The position numbers and the translations under genes are program-made. From the NCBI GenBank assembly GCA_029953675.1, contig JAMWBK010000015.1:1-41280 (forward strand): a stretch of 41,280 nucleotides of DNA, given 5' to 3'. Shown in pieces: positions 10,611 through 21,509 of the stretch (position 1 is the stretch's first letter; each line of letters starts with the position of its first letter). The DNA is from Rhodosorus marinus CCMP1338 (Eukaryota; Plantae; Rhodophyta). Under the pieces are notes generated by a model, which searched no databases, was not told the DNA's origin, and saw only the letters and a program-made list of their open reading frames with translations.

Positions 10611-11284
10611 CTGATTCGGAAAGAGCGCCTGGATTGGAGATGGGTTCGTCGTATTTTCCTCGGGCAACCCCACTACGCCCGGGAATCCATCGCACAGCTG
10701 ATCTGCTACGTGAACCGTGATTCTATGTTCATGGGTCACCTATAACCGCAAGCAGCAAACAAAACTTTGCGAAACTAGCAGACTGCCATGACCGCTTCGG
10801 CGGTTTGTACGCGGGTTTAACATCGGACCCAGGTTCAGGGGTCGTAAACTTTACCGTAATACGGCAGTATAATGTGTGTCATGCATATGTGAATAAAATT
10901 CAGAACTTAAATGGTTAGATACCCAACAGGAATCAAACCAACCCCATGTGTAACGCCATGCACCATCGTTTAGTCAGAGATAGCAACCCTGGAGTAGCAC
11001 AACGTCCTCCGGGTGCCGCACGTGAGAGCTGCTCAGAAAACGGAAAAGGGGTTGAACGCCGTGCGGGATCATAGGTCTGAATCAATACTTGAACGTGTGC
11101 GTAATAGTTGGCGTGGACGAGGGCTTGAGAGGTATCTCCATCCCAACAAAGAAATTGCACGGTGCGAGGCGCATATCTCGTTCTCCATCAAGGGAAAACA
11201 ACTTATCTTTTTCGCGGTTCAACCACACGCGAGAACTTTCTAAACACTAAGCCCAGGCAGAAAAATTGGTGAAACTAGAAATGC

Positions 11285-11515
11285 AGTGGACTTCTAATAT
11301 AGCCTGAACTAGCGAAAAAAGCGTGCTACGGTGGTGCGTCTCCGCGAGCATGTTGCTAGAATCTCGGCAAACAGCGACGCTCAATCGGCGTAGGAGTACC
11401 AAATACTCAGCAGGATGATCTGTAACTCATTTCCGCAGCCACTCCACGCTTGAGTTTTCAAGATGATAAGAAATTTCCTTAATGAAAGGCTGGAACCACT
11501 CTGCCCTCGTCACCC
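11285..11515 (-). mobile_element. Degenerate group C 3' fragment
   Basis: Minus strand has ggttccagcctttcatt (RFQPFI), gtggagtggctgcggaaatg and ttcaggctatattag. Confidence 0.65.
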
Positions 11516-11711
11516 GGCCAACGTCGTCATGGATGGCTACTATGGTTAGACCGGGGTTTTTACACCAGAAAACGCGCCATGGATAGGGCACCTAACACCA
11601 GTGTCCACGCAGATCAGTTTGTTCTACAGCCGATGTGACATGCAATTGGTATCGGTGTGACATGGTTTGTGAGTAGCACGACAGCCAAAGAACGTAGGGG
11701 AGTCTTAAATG

Positions 11712-12125
11712 TCATTTACGTAGCCCAAACAGGCGCACCGCTTCCAGCATCTCGGAGATGGTGGCCAGTGGTTGCGGCGGTTGAGAGCATTCTCCGGGTC
11801 GAGCCGTAAGACAACTGCTGCAGGTGGCACGAGAGATGGGCCTATATCGCATGGAGTGAGCGTTCGCATCCACCGCTGACTCTATGCCTTGTTGTAAGGG
11901 TACGACCAGTTCGCGGATTCGGTCTGTATATCCACTGTGTGTCCCCACCTTCCTTAGGGCTCCGGGACGACGATAGGGCGAACGCCTCACCTCGTTCAGG
12001 ATCCGTGTTGGTCGTAGGTTTCTGTACGGCAGTAATCTGCTGCTGCGCAGTGCCCAGGTTAGAGGAGGTGGAAACTCCTCCAGTTCGGTACCTAGTAGCC
12101 GGAGAATTGCGGATCAGAGCCAATT
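11712..12125 (-). mobile_element. Degenerate RT-domain remnant of a CRE-like element
   Basis: Encodes VSGGCERSLHAI, as at 38479-38802 and like VSGGCEHAIH in the 25095 ORF. Confidence 0.55.
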
Positions 12126-12409
12126 AGACCTGCTGAGTGTCCCCCTGCATGTGCTCTGCGCGGAGCTCGCTGTAAAAACTTGGGATTTTACTGAAGGTGA
12201 TTTTTTCAGATACAGACAAGGCAACACAAGACAAAGGGAGGGAGGGAGGTGGAGGAGGAGGTTTCTATTGGCAGATCGTGAGGACATTTCTTCCCCCACT
12301 CCACAGCCCCCACTCTGGGGGCCTCGGTATCCTCGGCGTTTTAAATCGCTTCCTCATCCTATCGATTTCTATTTGAAACTGCCTCTGTGATTTTTATCCC
12401 GTCGCGCTC

Positions 12410-12986
12410 CCCTGAACCAAAATTGGGCGCTGAGTTATCCCGTTGGATCCCTTAGGCGTTCACTCTGGGCATTGGTCACCGGTATACTGCGCTTCATGGA
12501 AATCCTGAGGTTCCTCTCCGTACCATGGCGAATCCTCTGAATGCTCCGACCATGCAGATGAAGTCCTGAGACAAGTAGTTAAGAATCGGCATCTCGTTAA
12601 CCGGAATATCGAAGACTGGGTTATCCTGATCGATATCCTCCGCGTCTAAGATGATCGGAAACTTGGTTTTTCCATTGGGAACGTTTCCTTCGTTGCAGTC
12701 GGCCCAGACTTTAAGTATCACACTCGTCAACCTCACAAGTGGGGCGTAGTTTTTTGCCTCTACACGTGGAAGCTTGGTACACATTCGTATTCACACCTGT
12801 TCCAGTGTACATCTCTGCAACATATTGGATATTACCCGGCGGTTGGTTTCCCCCACCAGTGGTCAAAACTCTAATCCTGCTTTTGAAACTGAGGATGTTC
12901 GCGGCGCAATCCCCGGACTCGACCGTTACAATTGCAAGCCAGAAACCAACCGCGAGGAACCCCGTCGTTGTGTACAAGGTCTTCAT
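12410..12986 (-). pseudogene. Frameshifted, truncated paralog of the 9483 secreted protein
   Basis: MKTLYTTTGFLAVGF..ESGDC, VWADCNEGNVPNGKTKF..DIDQDNPVFDIPV, ICMVGAFRGF; homology extends to the GITQCPI region; at least two frameshifts; upstream 12987-13270 matches 9110-9482. Confidence 0.85.
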
Positions 12987-13270
12987 CCTTCCTAGCTAGT
13001 TGTATTCCCTTTCCAGCGTTCCAATTCTAGATCTCCATGTCTGCTTGTTCCCGCAATCTCGCGACAGTTCCCTTTGTGCAGCTGCGTTTATCCAGGTTGA
13101 GTAAATACCCAATCGCAGAAAATACCTCCCAGAAGAGGATTTAAATATCCTTGGCCTTGGGAAGTATGGCCCAGTTCTCACACCGGTAGGCCTTCACCCA
13201 TTCCGTCGTTATACCGAAGCAAAACCAATAAACTGGCTTCGTTCTTTTAAAAAACAGTGAACAGGATATA

Positions 13271-13420
13271 TTGAATGAATTTGTCTCTTCGGATACTGAA
13301 AGGAAAAATCCCGAGGGGAAAACCAAGACTAAGCGCAGGGAAGATCGCGCGCTTCCAACATCAAAGCAGCGATCATACGCCATAGCAAGAAACGAGTCAA
13401 ACACGAGGACAGACGGTCAG
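13271..13420 (-). mobile_element. Divergent group B 3' end
   Basis: Minus strand ...CFDVGSARSSLRL.. frame equivalent, T-rich UTR and attcattca tail; abuts the paralog's upstream region. Confidence 0.7.
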
Positions 13421-13594
13421 GCTTCCTTTCTTTCCCCGCGGGTTTATTTTTCTTTCACTCTCGGATTAACCAGAATTCACTAATCCAAACCACTCGAAAG
13501 GCCAGTTCAGAATAGATAAGATATTCAGCGGTTCTCAAAGAAACGAATGGTTTAATCGGAGGCTGAAAAAAAAAACCCCGAGGGTAAAAAAAGA

Positions 13595-14168
13595 CTAAGC
13601 GCGGCGAAGTACTCGCGCCTCCAACATCAAAGCGGCATTCATGCGCCACAGCAGGAAACTTAAGCGGGTAAACAACGATTGAAGACGGTCAGGGCGTTCG
13701 CGGAACAACTCCCGAAGCCAGCGAGAACCAACAGAGTCCATGAACCCGAAGCACTCAATGATCAGGGGTACCAAGCGATGTGCTAGTGCCGAAGCACGAA
13801 CACCAGGGGAAGACAAAGCCCCCGCGTATTTGATCTCTTTGCGGCGTCTCATGCTGTCGGCGGCAGATCCACGGCGCTCCCCCACAGCCGGGAGATAACG
13901 ACTAGCTTGAGGGTTAGGAACAGCAAGATCAACGTATGTGGTACGGCGGCTGTCGTCACAGGTGATCACCAGGTCGGCTACACGGCGTTCATCATTTTGA
14001 AAGTCCGCGACGGGTAAAGGTTTCTCACGTTCGATTTCCAGACCGGCTTGCCGGACTATAGGCCGAAGTTCCCGGTATAACAGGTTCAAGATCCGTGTAT
14101 GGCGGCGGGTTCGAGCACCTTTCACTGCTGGGCAACTAGCGAGCAGGTGGGCGCCAAAATCTGCGTTG
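13595..14168 (-). CDS. Group B ORF2 C-terminal part: end of CCHC knuckle plus RLE nuclease (detached fragment)
   Basis: NADFGAHLLASC..RTRRH, VADLVI..TYVDLAV (PD-D/ExK-like), KEIKY, VPLIIECFG. Confidence 0.85.
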
Positions 14169-14534
14169 ACACATCAAGGTAGTTGCCGGATCACATTACC
14201 CAAAAGTGCTAGTCTAGTCCAATCCACTTTTTGAGTTCTTGCCGAACTAACAGCGAACGCTGGTGCTGGCCAACCCACTGACCTAAATTTCAGATGCGAC
14301 GCGGTACAAGTTTTTATCCAGACCTACTCAAAACACCAGCGGCAACCAATCGCCTCTATTGCTGATACGCAATTGGAAAGCAATCAAGGCAGCATTTCAT
14401 AATCTTTCGATAAGATGGGACCGGCTTTCCCTCCCCGCTGCTGCCCACCTACTTTAAGGGCGGGGGACAGCAGGGGTTGGTTGGGGGCAGCTACACAACA
14501 CCTGTCCTTGGACGATCCCTAAGAATTGGAGAAT

Positions 14535-15959
14535 CTAAGCAGGCAAGACGAGCATTTTTGTAAAAGTCTCGATTAGCAAGGGAAGCGCTTGATATAAGAA
14601 CGAGCGAAACTTTCGCCTTACCCCTTCTTCTCCAGGTAGACCACACACCGATCCGAAACTCCCTATTTGGCCGTCAAAGATACAACGGCCGGGTTGGCGT
14701 GCCAATTCAGCTTCGAATTGGCCTTCGTTGAGACCCCCGGGTTGGTCGGGTTGCAAGATTTCCCATTCCCCTCTCGGTGGCGGATTTCTACTCGAGCAAT
14801 ACCCGCAAATAACGCTGCCAATGCGCCCTACGAGTGGGTAGTCCAGAAGCGGCCCAAATAGGGAATTCGTTGCAATCTGTCCTACTGGCACTGGGCCAGA
14901 AGGAGAATTCGCAAAAACCGGGGTGCTGGCGAAAGAGATAAATTGTAGTAGCCGTCGTTTGTCCTCGACGTCCTCGACCCTCACTGAATACCTCGAGGGA
15001 AATTCAGAATCTGTCAACTCGACAGCAAAAGCGAGTACAGGTGTATTCAAGGTATACAACTCTGGCACGTTAAATACCGCAACGCTGAAAGAGTCGAAGT
15101 TTCTTATAAAAACTACAGGGCGGCGGATCACCGTACTCGATTGCGCAGGGACGGCCTCTGACAGGTGGCTCACCGTAGGCGCTTCCGGAGCGATGCCCTC
15201 TGACGGCAATGGCTCGGGTTGCTTCTCGTAGAGGGTAAGCTCGAGCGCAAAATCTGGCGGGTTAGATTCGCTGAAGCCGGGTGAAAGCACAAATTCAACT
15301 ACTCCTCCCGTACGGTTGATACGGTTGATGCCGCCAAATTCCGGTTGCTCGCCGATCGAACTGCACGAAGCTTGGAGCGTGCATGCAACGAATCCATCCC
15401 CATTCGCATCGGCAATAGAAGTGCATGAACTGGAACCTTGAGCGGTGGAACAGGTTGTGTCCCCCGCTATTGGAAAGCTCAGTCCAGCAATACGCACTTT
15501 GCCGTCCTCCATTCGAACCTTCGCTTCAACCACGAGCGCCGGTATGAGACGTTCTTCACTGCAGCAGTCACCGTCTGTCTTGATATCGTCCAGGCATGCG
15601 TCTACTCTCACCGTGGTCGGCTCACTATCTAGAAACTTTCTCTTACGAGTGAACCGAGCATTACTGCGAGGAATCCCTCCCAACCATAGCCCGAGTTTGG
15701 CTCGTCTAATCCCAAGTCCCTCGCGCACGACAAAAGTGAACCTGGTACACGTCTCTCCCTTGTTCGGTCCCTGCGTCTTCACGACATCCTTATTGCTTAC
15801 GCTTCCCACCGTTTCACCTTCAACTTGCAGTGGAAAGCACGAGGAAGAAATTGTGTACGATGAAAAGAGAGGATTAACAAAGTTTGCGCATGTGCCAACG
15901 TCGGCAACCGTCAAGCCAAAGATCCCGGCAAGCAGGATTACTACCAACCCGTACTTCAT
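14535..15959 (-). CDS. Secreted Cys-containing protein, 474 aa
   Basis: Intact ORF; internal ATG at 15959 gives signal peptide MKYGLVVILLAGIFGLTVA; N-terminal domain with AKLGLW resembles the 9483 domains. Confidence 0.8.
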   Translation of the reverse strand: MKYGLVVILLAGIFGLTVADVGTCANFVNPLFSSYTISSSCFPLQVEGETVGSVSNKDVVKTQGPNKGETCTRFTFVVREGLGIRRAKLGLWLGGIPRSNARFTRKRKFLDSEPTTVRVDACLDDIKTDGDCCSEERLIPALVVEAKVRMEDGKVRIAGLSFPIAGDTTCSTAQGSSSCTSIADANGDGFVACTLQASCSSIGEQPEFGGINRINRTGGVVEFVLSPGFSESNPPDFALELTLYEKQPEPLPSEGIAPEAPTVSHLSEAVPAQSSTVIRRPVVFIRNFDSFSVAVFNVPELYTLNTPVLAFAVELTDSEFPSRYSVRVEDVEDKRRLLQFISFASTPVFANSPSGPVPVGQIATNSLFGPLLDYPLVGRIGSVICGYCSSRNPPPRGEWEILQPDQPGGLNEGQFEAELARQPGRCIFDGQIGSFGSVCGLPGEEGVRRKFRSFLYQALPLLIETFTKMLVLPA

Positions 15960-16566
15960 GAATAATCTCTCAATTTCACTCCCAAAATCTAAAGATTGTC
16001 CACCCGCAGCTGCTCTCCCACGCGTCTGCCCTCCCCTCAAACAGCATCTCAAGTGGTATGTATATACCCTTCCGCGTATCTTCGTACTGAAGCCTGTACA
16101 CAGCATTAAGTCAATTGTAAAACCACCATTGTGACAACCGGGTTTGTGTCTTGTCCAATGACATTACAATCTGAGTAGTGCCAAGCTCTGGATTGGCAAA
16201 ACCACTGCTACGAACGATAGCAAGCAAACCCAAGCGCCGATGGCGCGCCTCAGCAAGACAAACGTGACGCACCATTCATGGGGGTTTTACTACCATTCAT
16301 GTAATCAGTGTGCGGATTCCCCACGCCCCCTCGCCATCCCCCTCCGACTCAGTACGAGAATATTGATGTACTTTTTGCCTTTTTTTTCAAGTTTCGCATT
16401 GTTTCCCGTTGCATCCATATAGCCTGTTCCCAGAACGGCTTCCCCCACCCACCCCCGCGCCCTCCGCGAGGACCATCAATCTTCTGCACGAAAAGTCTCC
16501 CCTCCCAACGCCTTTTTCCTCTTTTTGTTTGGAGCGGCTGAAGAGAAAACAAACGAAAAAACTAAG

Positions 16567-16686
16567 AGTTGTGTCAAGTGGGGGTCGGGTTCTTCGCTGT
16601 TTACCCCTCTAAACCTCCATGTTTTCGCGGGTTTAACCACTTCTGGCTCGTCCACGGCGAAAAAAAACGACCCACTTGGCACAACC
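16567..16686. mobile_element. 120-bp MITE-like element with 16-bp terminal inverted repeats
   Basis: agttgtgtcaagtggg (16567-16582) versus cccacttggcacaacc (16671-16686), 14/16 complementary; second copy at 8783-8935. Confidence 0.75.
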
Positions 16687-16725
16687 AGAAAAAAAACCGT
16701 TGGCAGATTGAAATGCGCTTAAAAA

Positions 16726-17165
16726 ATGGGAATTGTTTTGCTGAAGCCGCCACTGCAAGATTTTCTTATCGCTATTTTTCCAATTCTGTCCTTTAATCGG
16801 AACTGAATGAATGCGTTTGAGACTGAGAAAAATGAAGACAAGACGAGGCGAGGGGCAAAAAAAAGGAAATTAAGGACGAGGGAAGCACTGGTTCCCCAAG
16901 AAATTTAGACGGGTGAACACAACGAGGGGAGACGTTCAGGTCAAACAGTTGGACAACACTCCCGAAAGCCAGGAAACGGAATCCATAAACCCAAAACATT
17001 CGATGACCAGATGGGAATTTTTTTGGTGAAGCCTCAAACTCCAAGATTTTCTTATCGACTATTTTTCCGATTCTCTCCTTCAACCGGAACTGAATGAATG
17101 CGTTTGAGACTGAGAAAAACGAAAACAAAACAAGGCGAGTGGAAAAAAAAGGGAACTAGGACAAC
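16726..17165. repeat. ~150-bp direct duplication (16726-16880, 17011-17165) containing a degenerate minus-strand group B tail
   Basis: Both copies carry caagattttcttatcg..ggaactgaatgaatgcgtttgagactgagaaaaa. Confidence 0.75.
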
Positions 17166-17521
17166 GTACGGGTGTACTACACGGGGCACTATGTGCTAGT
17201 AAAACATTTTAATATTCTGTTGATTTCCTCGTTATCGGAACCGATCATGTGCGCTTCTACTGTGGGGAAGGCAATGGCCACTCTGACACTGACGACTTCT
17301 CCACCAGACGCCAACAGATCGGCAGGAGCAGCAACGGGTCACAAATGTAAGTCGTACTCTGTTTCGGTAGAGCTCGTGAAAGGGGTACTTTTCGCAGGAC
17401 GGATCATACACCAAGGCGTGCAGGATCAGTTTTGAGCACCCAGTAGAAGCTTCAGGCTATGCTAATAAAGCCAGTGGGGCGATGAGACCATGCTAGTAAA
17501 GTCCAATAAAGCCAGTGGGGC

Positions 17522-18391
17522 CAACACAGTGCGGCTCACGCAATCTTGCTCAACTCTCCCCTCACACCGCCTACCACCGCTGCTCGCGTCCGCGGCATGG
17601 GAGGCCATCTATCGCACTTGTGGTTAACCACGCTGCCATCGTCACTGGGTCACCGTCCCGATGCCTTCCAGTTCCGCTCTGCCGCACGGATCTACCTGGG
17701 TTTGCCACAAGCTCCGTGGAACTCTAATCGGCCGTCTTTCTGTCAGGGATGTGAGAGTCGGATAGATGCTTGTGGTTACCACTTCTTAGGCTCATGCGGA
17801 TTGTTGAGAGGTCTTCGTACGAGGCGTCACACTCGCTTCAAATACATTCTTAGCGAAAGCTTGACTCGGGTAGGGCACACGGTGGAGGTGGAATCGGAGC
17901 TGCCCAGATCGGTCTCGGAAACAGCGCCGCCCCGCTGTATCGCAGATCTTCTTGTCTCCGACGCTGCCGCCCGACGCTCAACATATGTGGACCTCGCGAT
18001 TACATGCCCTGTTGCCAGCGCCCATCTCACTGCTGCCGCCGGCCGCCGGGGGGCAGCCGCTTCTGCCCTTCGCCGAGTGAAGGAACGACGGTACGCTGAG
18101 AGTATGGCCAGCCTGCCTTGTGCAGAGGGTCGCTCACACCGGTTCCAGCCTTTCATTGTGGAAAGCTTTGGCCACGTGGAAAAGTCGGGTTTGGAGTGGC
18201 TGCGGAAATGTTTTGCTGAGCATCCTGTTGAATATTTGGAACTTTTGCGTCGTTTAAGCGTCTCTCTGTGGCGCTACTCGAGCAGCATGCTTGCTCAGGC
18301 GCGCCATAGGCGCCTGGGTTTGCACGCTTCCCTACCTAGTTCTTAGTCCCTTTTCACGCCTTGCGTAGCGCTTCAGGCTATGCTAATAAAG
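17522..18391 (+). mobile_element. Group C 5'-truncated retrotransposon, best-preserved copy
   Basis: ORF 17546-18346 plus 3' UTR ending gcgcttcaggctatgctaataaag. Confidence 0.9.
17546..18346 (+). CDS. Group C ORF2 C-terminus: CCHC knuckle plus RLE nuclease (5'-truncated)
   Basis: CQGC..GYHFLGSC..RTRRH, IADLLV..TYVDLAI, KERRY, FQPFIVESFG; ends HASLPSS*. Confidence 0.85.
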   Translation: MLNSPLTPPTTAARVRGMGGHLSHLWLTTLPSSLGHRPDAFQFRSAARIYLGLPQAPWNSNRPSFCQGCESRIDACGYHFLGSCGLLRGLRTRRHTRFKYILSESLTRVGHTVEVESELPRSVSETAPPRCIADLLVSDAAARRSTYVDLAITCPVASAHLTAAAGRRGAAASALRRVKERRYAESMASLPCAEGRSHRFQPFIVESFGHVEKSGLEWLRKCFAEHPVEYLELLRRLSVSLWRYSSSMLAQARHRRLGLHASLPSS

Positions 18392-18746
18392 CATGAGGGT
18401 ATGGGCTGGGGGGCGAAGAAGTGGGGTTTTGAATCTTTTTCGGTCGCGAGCGTGTTTGTTTGTGGGAAGCGCTTCCTCTGGTAGTCCTTCCCCCCGCTTT
18501 TCCGGGGTGTGCCGTTGCGACTGCAACTGTCTCTCTCTCTCGTGGGGGTGCGTTGAGTCCTGGCTTCACAACCTCCCTCTTGTTCGATATCATAATCACC
18601 CCCCCCATACATCCAACCCGACTCGCCACATCAACCTCCACGACATCACGCTCAGGTCCCTGCTCGGAAGCAGGAAGCACACGCAGTTCATTCTCTCCAC
18701 AGGCTAAAACAGCCAGTAAAGCCCACAAGAACACCCAGCGATACAT
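18392..18746 (-). pseudogene. Probable secreted-protein gene fragment cut by the group C tail
   Basis: ATG at 18746 gives signal-like MYRWVFLWALLAVLACG; the ORF has no own stop before the antisense group C tail. Confidence 0.45.
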
Positions 18747-18924
18747 ATCGACACTTGATATCGCTAACAGACTCCACCCAACCTCGCAAGGAACCAGTCC
18801 TTCTGCAACACACCTCCACCACACCCTCCCCCAATCCGTCTTCCCCCAACAACGTCCAGACGAACATATATAGAGAGAAACCAAAACCTCTCTGACAAGC
18901 TCGAACCGAACAAACGACAGGCCG

Positions 18925-21509
18925 GCCAAAATCTGCGTTGTCTTCAGTCTGAGAGCAGAGAGGGCACGACGGACCCATCTCGTACGGCCAAGGGGGCTGA
19001 TGTAAGCCGAGGTATAAGCGCAGTGAAGTACGCACTTCGAAATCCGACAGTGTGAGTGGCGGAAAGGCTGGTACGGTCATGAGCCACTGAGAGCTAATAA
19101 CCCCTCCAAGACTACGTAGGCGGGCGCGAGCGCGGGAAGATGAGACCATCTGCGCGAGGAGTCGGCCATATGCAGCACGGTGCAAGTCCCAAGAAAGGAT
19201 ATTTTGCAGCGCATCCGTGCGTGCTTGAGCTCGGCTCCCAGCGCGCTGGGAATCATCAGGAGGATCAACTGGGACTTCTTCTTCTGCGGCAACCACTGGG
19301 TCAATCTCCACTAGAACAGGTTCAGGCGCAGGACGAATCCCCGGGGCGGAGCCTCGAGAGCGGTCAAATACAGCTCGCCAGTCAGGAAGACGGGGTTGAA
19401 CGGTTTCGGGGAGACTAGTACAGGAATTCAGGGCGGTTTGGAGCTCCAGAAACAAGTCTTGGGCGCTTTCCGGTACGCTGGGAAGCAAGACACCCCGCGA
19501 GAGGCTCGCCATCAAATTGCGGAACTTCGAGATACCCAAGCTGCTCAAAGTGGGAAGTGCGGTTCCCCAGGCCCCTACTGCGGCTGCAGGTTGGACCACA
19601 ACACGATTGCAGAGGCCCAGTCCCCCCAATCGCAATGGGAGGCCTACCTGGGCGCGCACAACATCAGAGGTGGGTCGCGGCAGAGCGCTCAGCTCTTCAT
19701 CGAGAAAATACCCCAGGTCACGGAAACTTTCAGCATCCGCACGAGTGGCCAAACACCGGTCCCAATGAGTTGGAAGTGAGCGAAGCCATTAGGTTAACCG
19801 CTGACTGCAACAATACCGAAACAGCAGCAACGAGCACTGGAGAAAGCCCGGAGGTAGCCGTCGAAGCTCTGCAACCAGCTGTCTGTGCTTACCGAGGAGC
19901 TGCAGCAACTCGCCTTCAACGAAGGACGGCGACCCGTAGGGGATGCCTAAGTGGACAAAACTATCCGGTCTCCAAATATCCTGGAACGACGCAGGTACCT
20001 GCTGCTCTTGTGCAGCTACACCTCCCCAGCAGAACGATTTGTGATGATTAACCTCCAGGTCAACCCGCGAAGCCAAGGAGCGGAGACGATCATAAGCGAG
20101 CGCTAGAGTATCAGGGGGCCCCAGGAGGCGCACGTCGTCGTGGTATGCAACCGTACGAACCTGCGGGAATTCGGAGCGAAGACAAAGCAAGACGAGTTGT
20201 AGTCCACAGGCATGTAGGAAAGGGGACAAGGGATCACCCTGTTGTACCCCTGTGCGCGCCGCAAACGTGTGTGAGGAAGCGCCAAGGGTGTCATAGGTAG
20301 CCCCACGACCAAGCGGAGAATAAAGTCTACTAACAAAGGGAAAGCCTACAGGGAAGACTTCGCGCACCACGTGCATGAGAGCCGGACGAGAGACGCGGTT
20401 GAACGCATTGGTAAAATCTACAGAGAGGAGCCCAGAATCTGGGAAGTACGCCATTTCCGAACGGAGTAAAACAGACAACAACTCACAGCCACCACCATAG
20501 CCCACGCCTAACTGCACGTGCCCAAAGAAACGGCGGGATTCGGGAACCAGGATTTTCACTAACCATCGCGCCGCCAATTTGCGGACCACCTCAACCAGGC
20601 CAATAGGGCGAACAGCAGGGCTCGAGGCGTGTGGCCGGGCTTCGAAAGCAGACACAACTGCGAACGACCGACCAAGAACCACGCACACTCACACAGGGGA
20701 TCACCATTCACAAGCGCTTCGACCACCCACGCCAACGCCTTCAAACCTTCATCACTTAAGAAACGGAGATATTCCACCCGCAGCCCCGAGGGCCCTGGGG
20801 AACGGCCCTTCGGAGCATCATGAACCAACTGACGCACCGCCTCCAGATTGACCACTAACCGCGCACTGGGATGTGGCGCGGCGCGGTACTCTTCCAACAC
20901 TGATTCAAACGAGGAGTCCCAAGGGGAGCCTTCCGAGGGAAAGAGCAAACGGAGCGGTGAAGAAAGATCATCGGAGTATGGAACCACAGGTTGCCGCTGC
21001 TGGAGGATCCCGGCTGCCCGCCGCAGATCACCGCCTGCCACCGCGTGACGCGCCCGATTCTGTCGAGAAGACCTAAAAGCTGAGGAAGCGCTAGGAGAAA
21101 AGGAAGAGAGAGAAGCGAAATAAAGACGTTCGAGGTCCTCAAAGTCGCCGGAAAGGAACATTTGCAGTTTTCGGCGAGGGTGGACCCGGCGAGGATGTGG
21201 GTTGAGGGGGACGGTAGAGGAGGTGAGCACGAGGCGGGGAAAAAAGAACAAGAGTTCCCAGCGAAGAGAGCAGTGAGGGGTCGCGGCGACCTGCTGCCAG
21301 AGAAAATCCAACACCAATCCTAGGGGCTTATGAAGTCGACGAAGGAGCCGTACGGCCGTGCTCTGACGACAAAGGGGAAGGGAACCGTCCGGGTAGGAGG
21401 CGACAAGGTGCGAAAACCACGAGAGAACACGCTCATGCCAGGCTGAGCGGTCACTGGTAAACAGGGGTAACCGGGACGACACGCACGCGGAGGAGGAAGA
21501 CTCAGGCAT
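18925..21509 (-). pseudogene. Group B ORF2 (pre-RT, RT, thumb, start of CCHC), two frameshifts
   Basis: Starts MPESSSSACVSSRLPLF; SPGPSGLRVEYL, RPIGLVEVVRK, QLGVG..GGCE, DFTNAFNRV, GVQQGDPLSP, YHDDV, LPLRLGGLGL; frameshifts near 20620 and 19780. Confidence 0.9.

Noticed and set aside
14440-14510. Possible group A tail after the 14535 gene (ggtgttgtgtagctgccc on the minus strand)
   Set aside because: Only short motif matches; hairpin, AATAAA-TAC end and repeat junction are absent.
15960-16106. Upstream in-track starts for 14535-16106, 4243-5316, 22994-24577 and 34679-35212
   Set aside because: Downstream ATGs give clean signal peptides or match homologous starts; the extensions look like UTR.
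15445-16134. 229-aa plus-strand ORF
   Set aside because: Antisense shadow of the 14535-15959 gene; no independent motifs.
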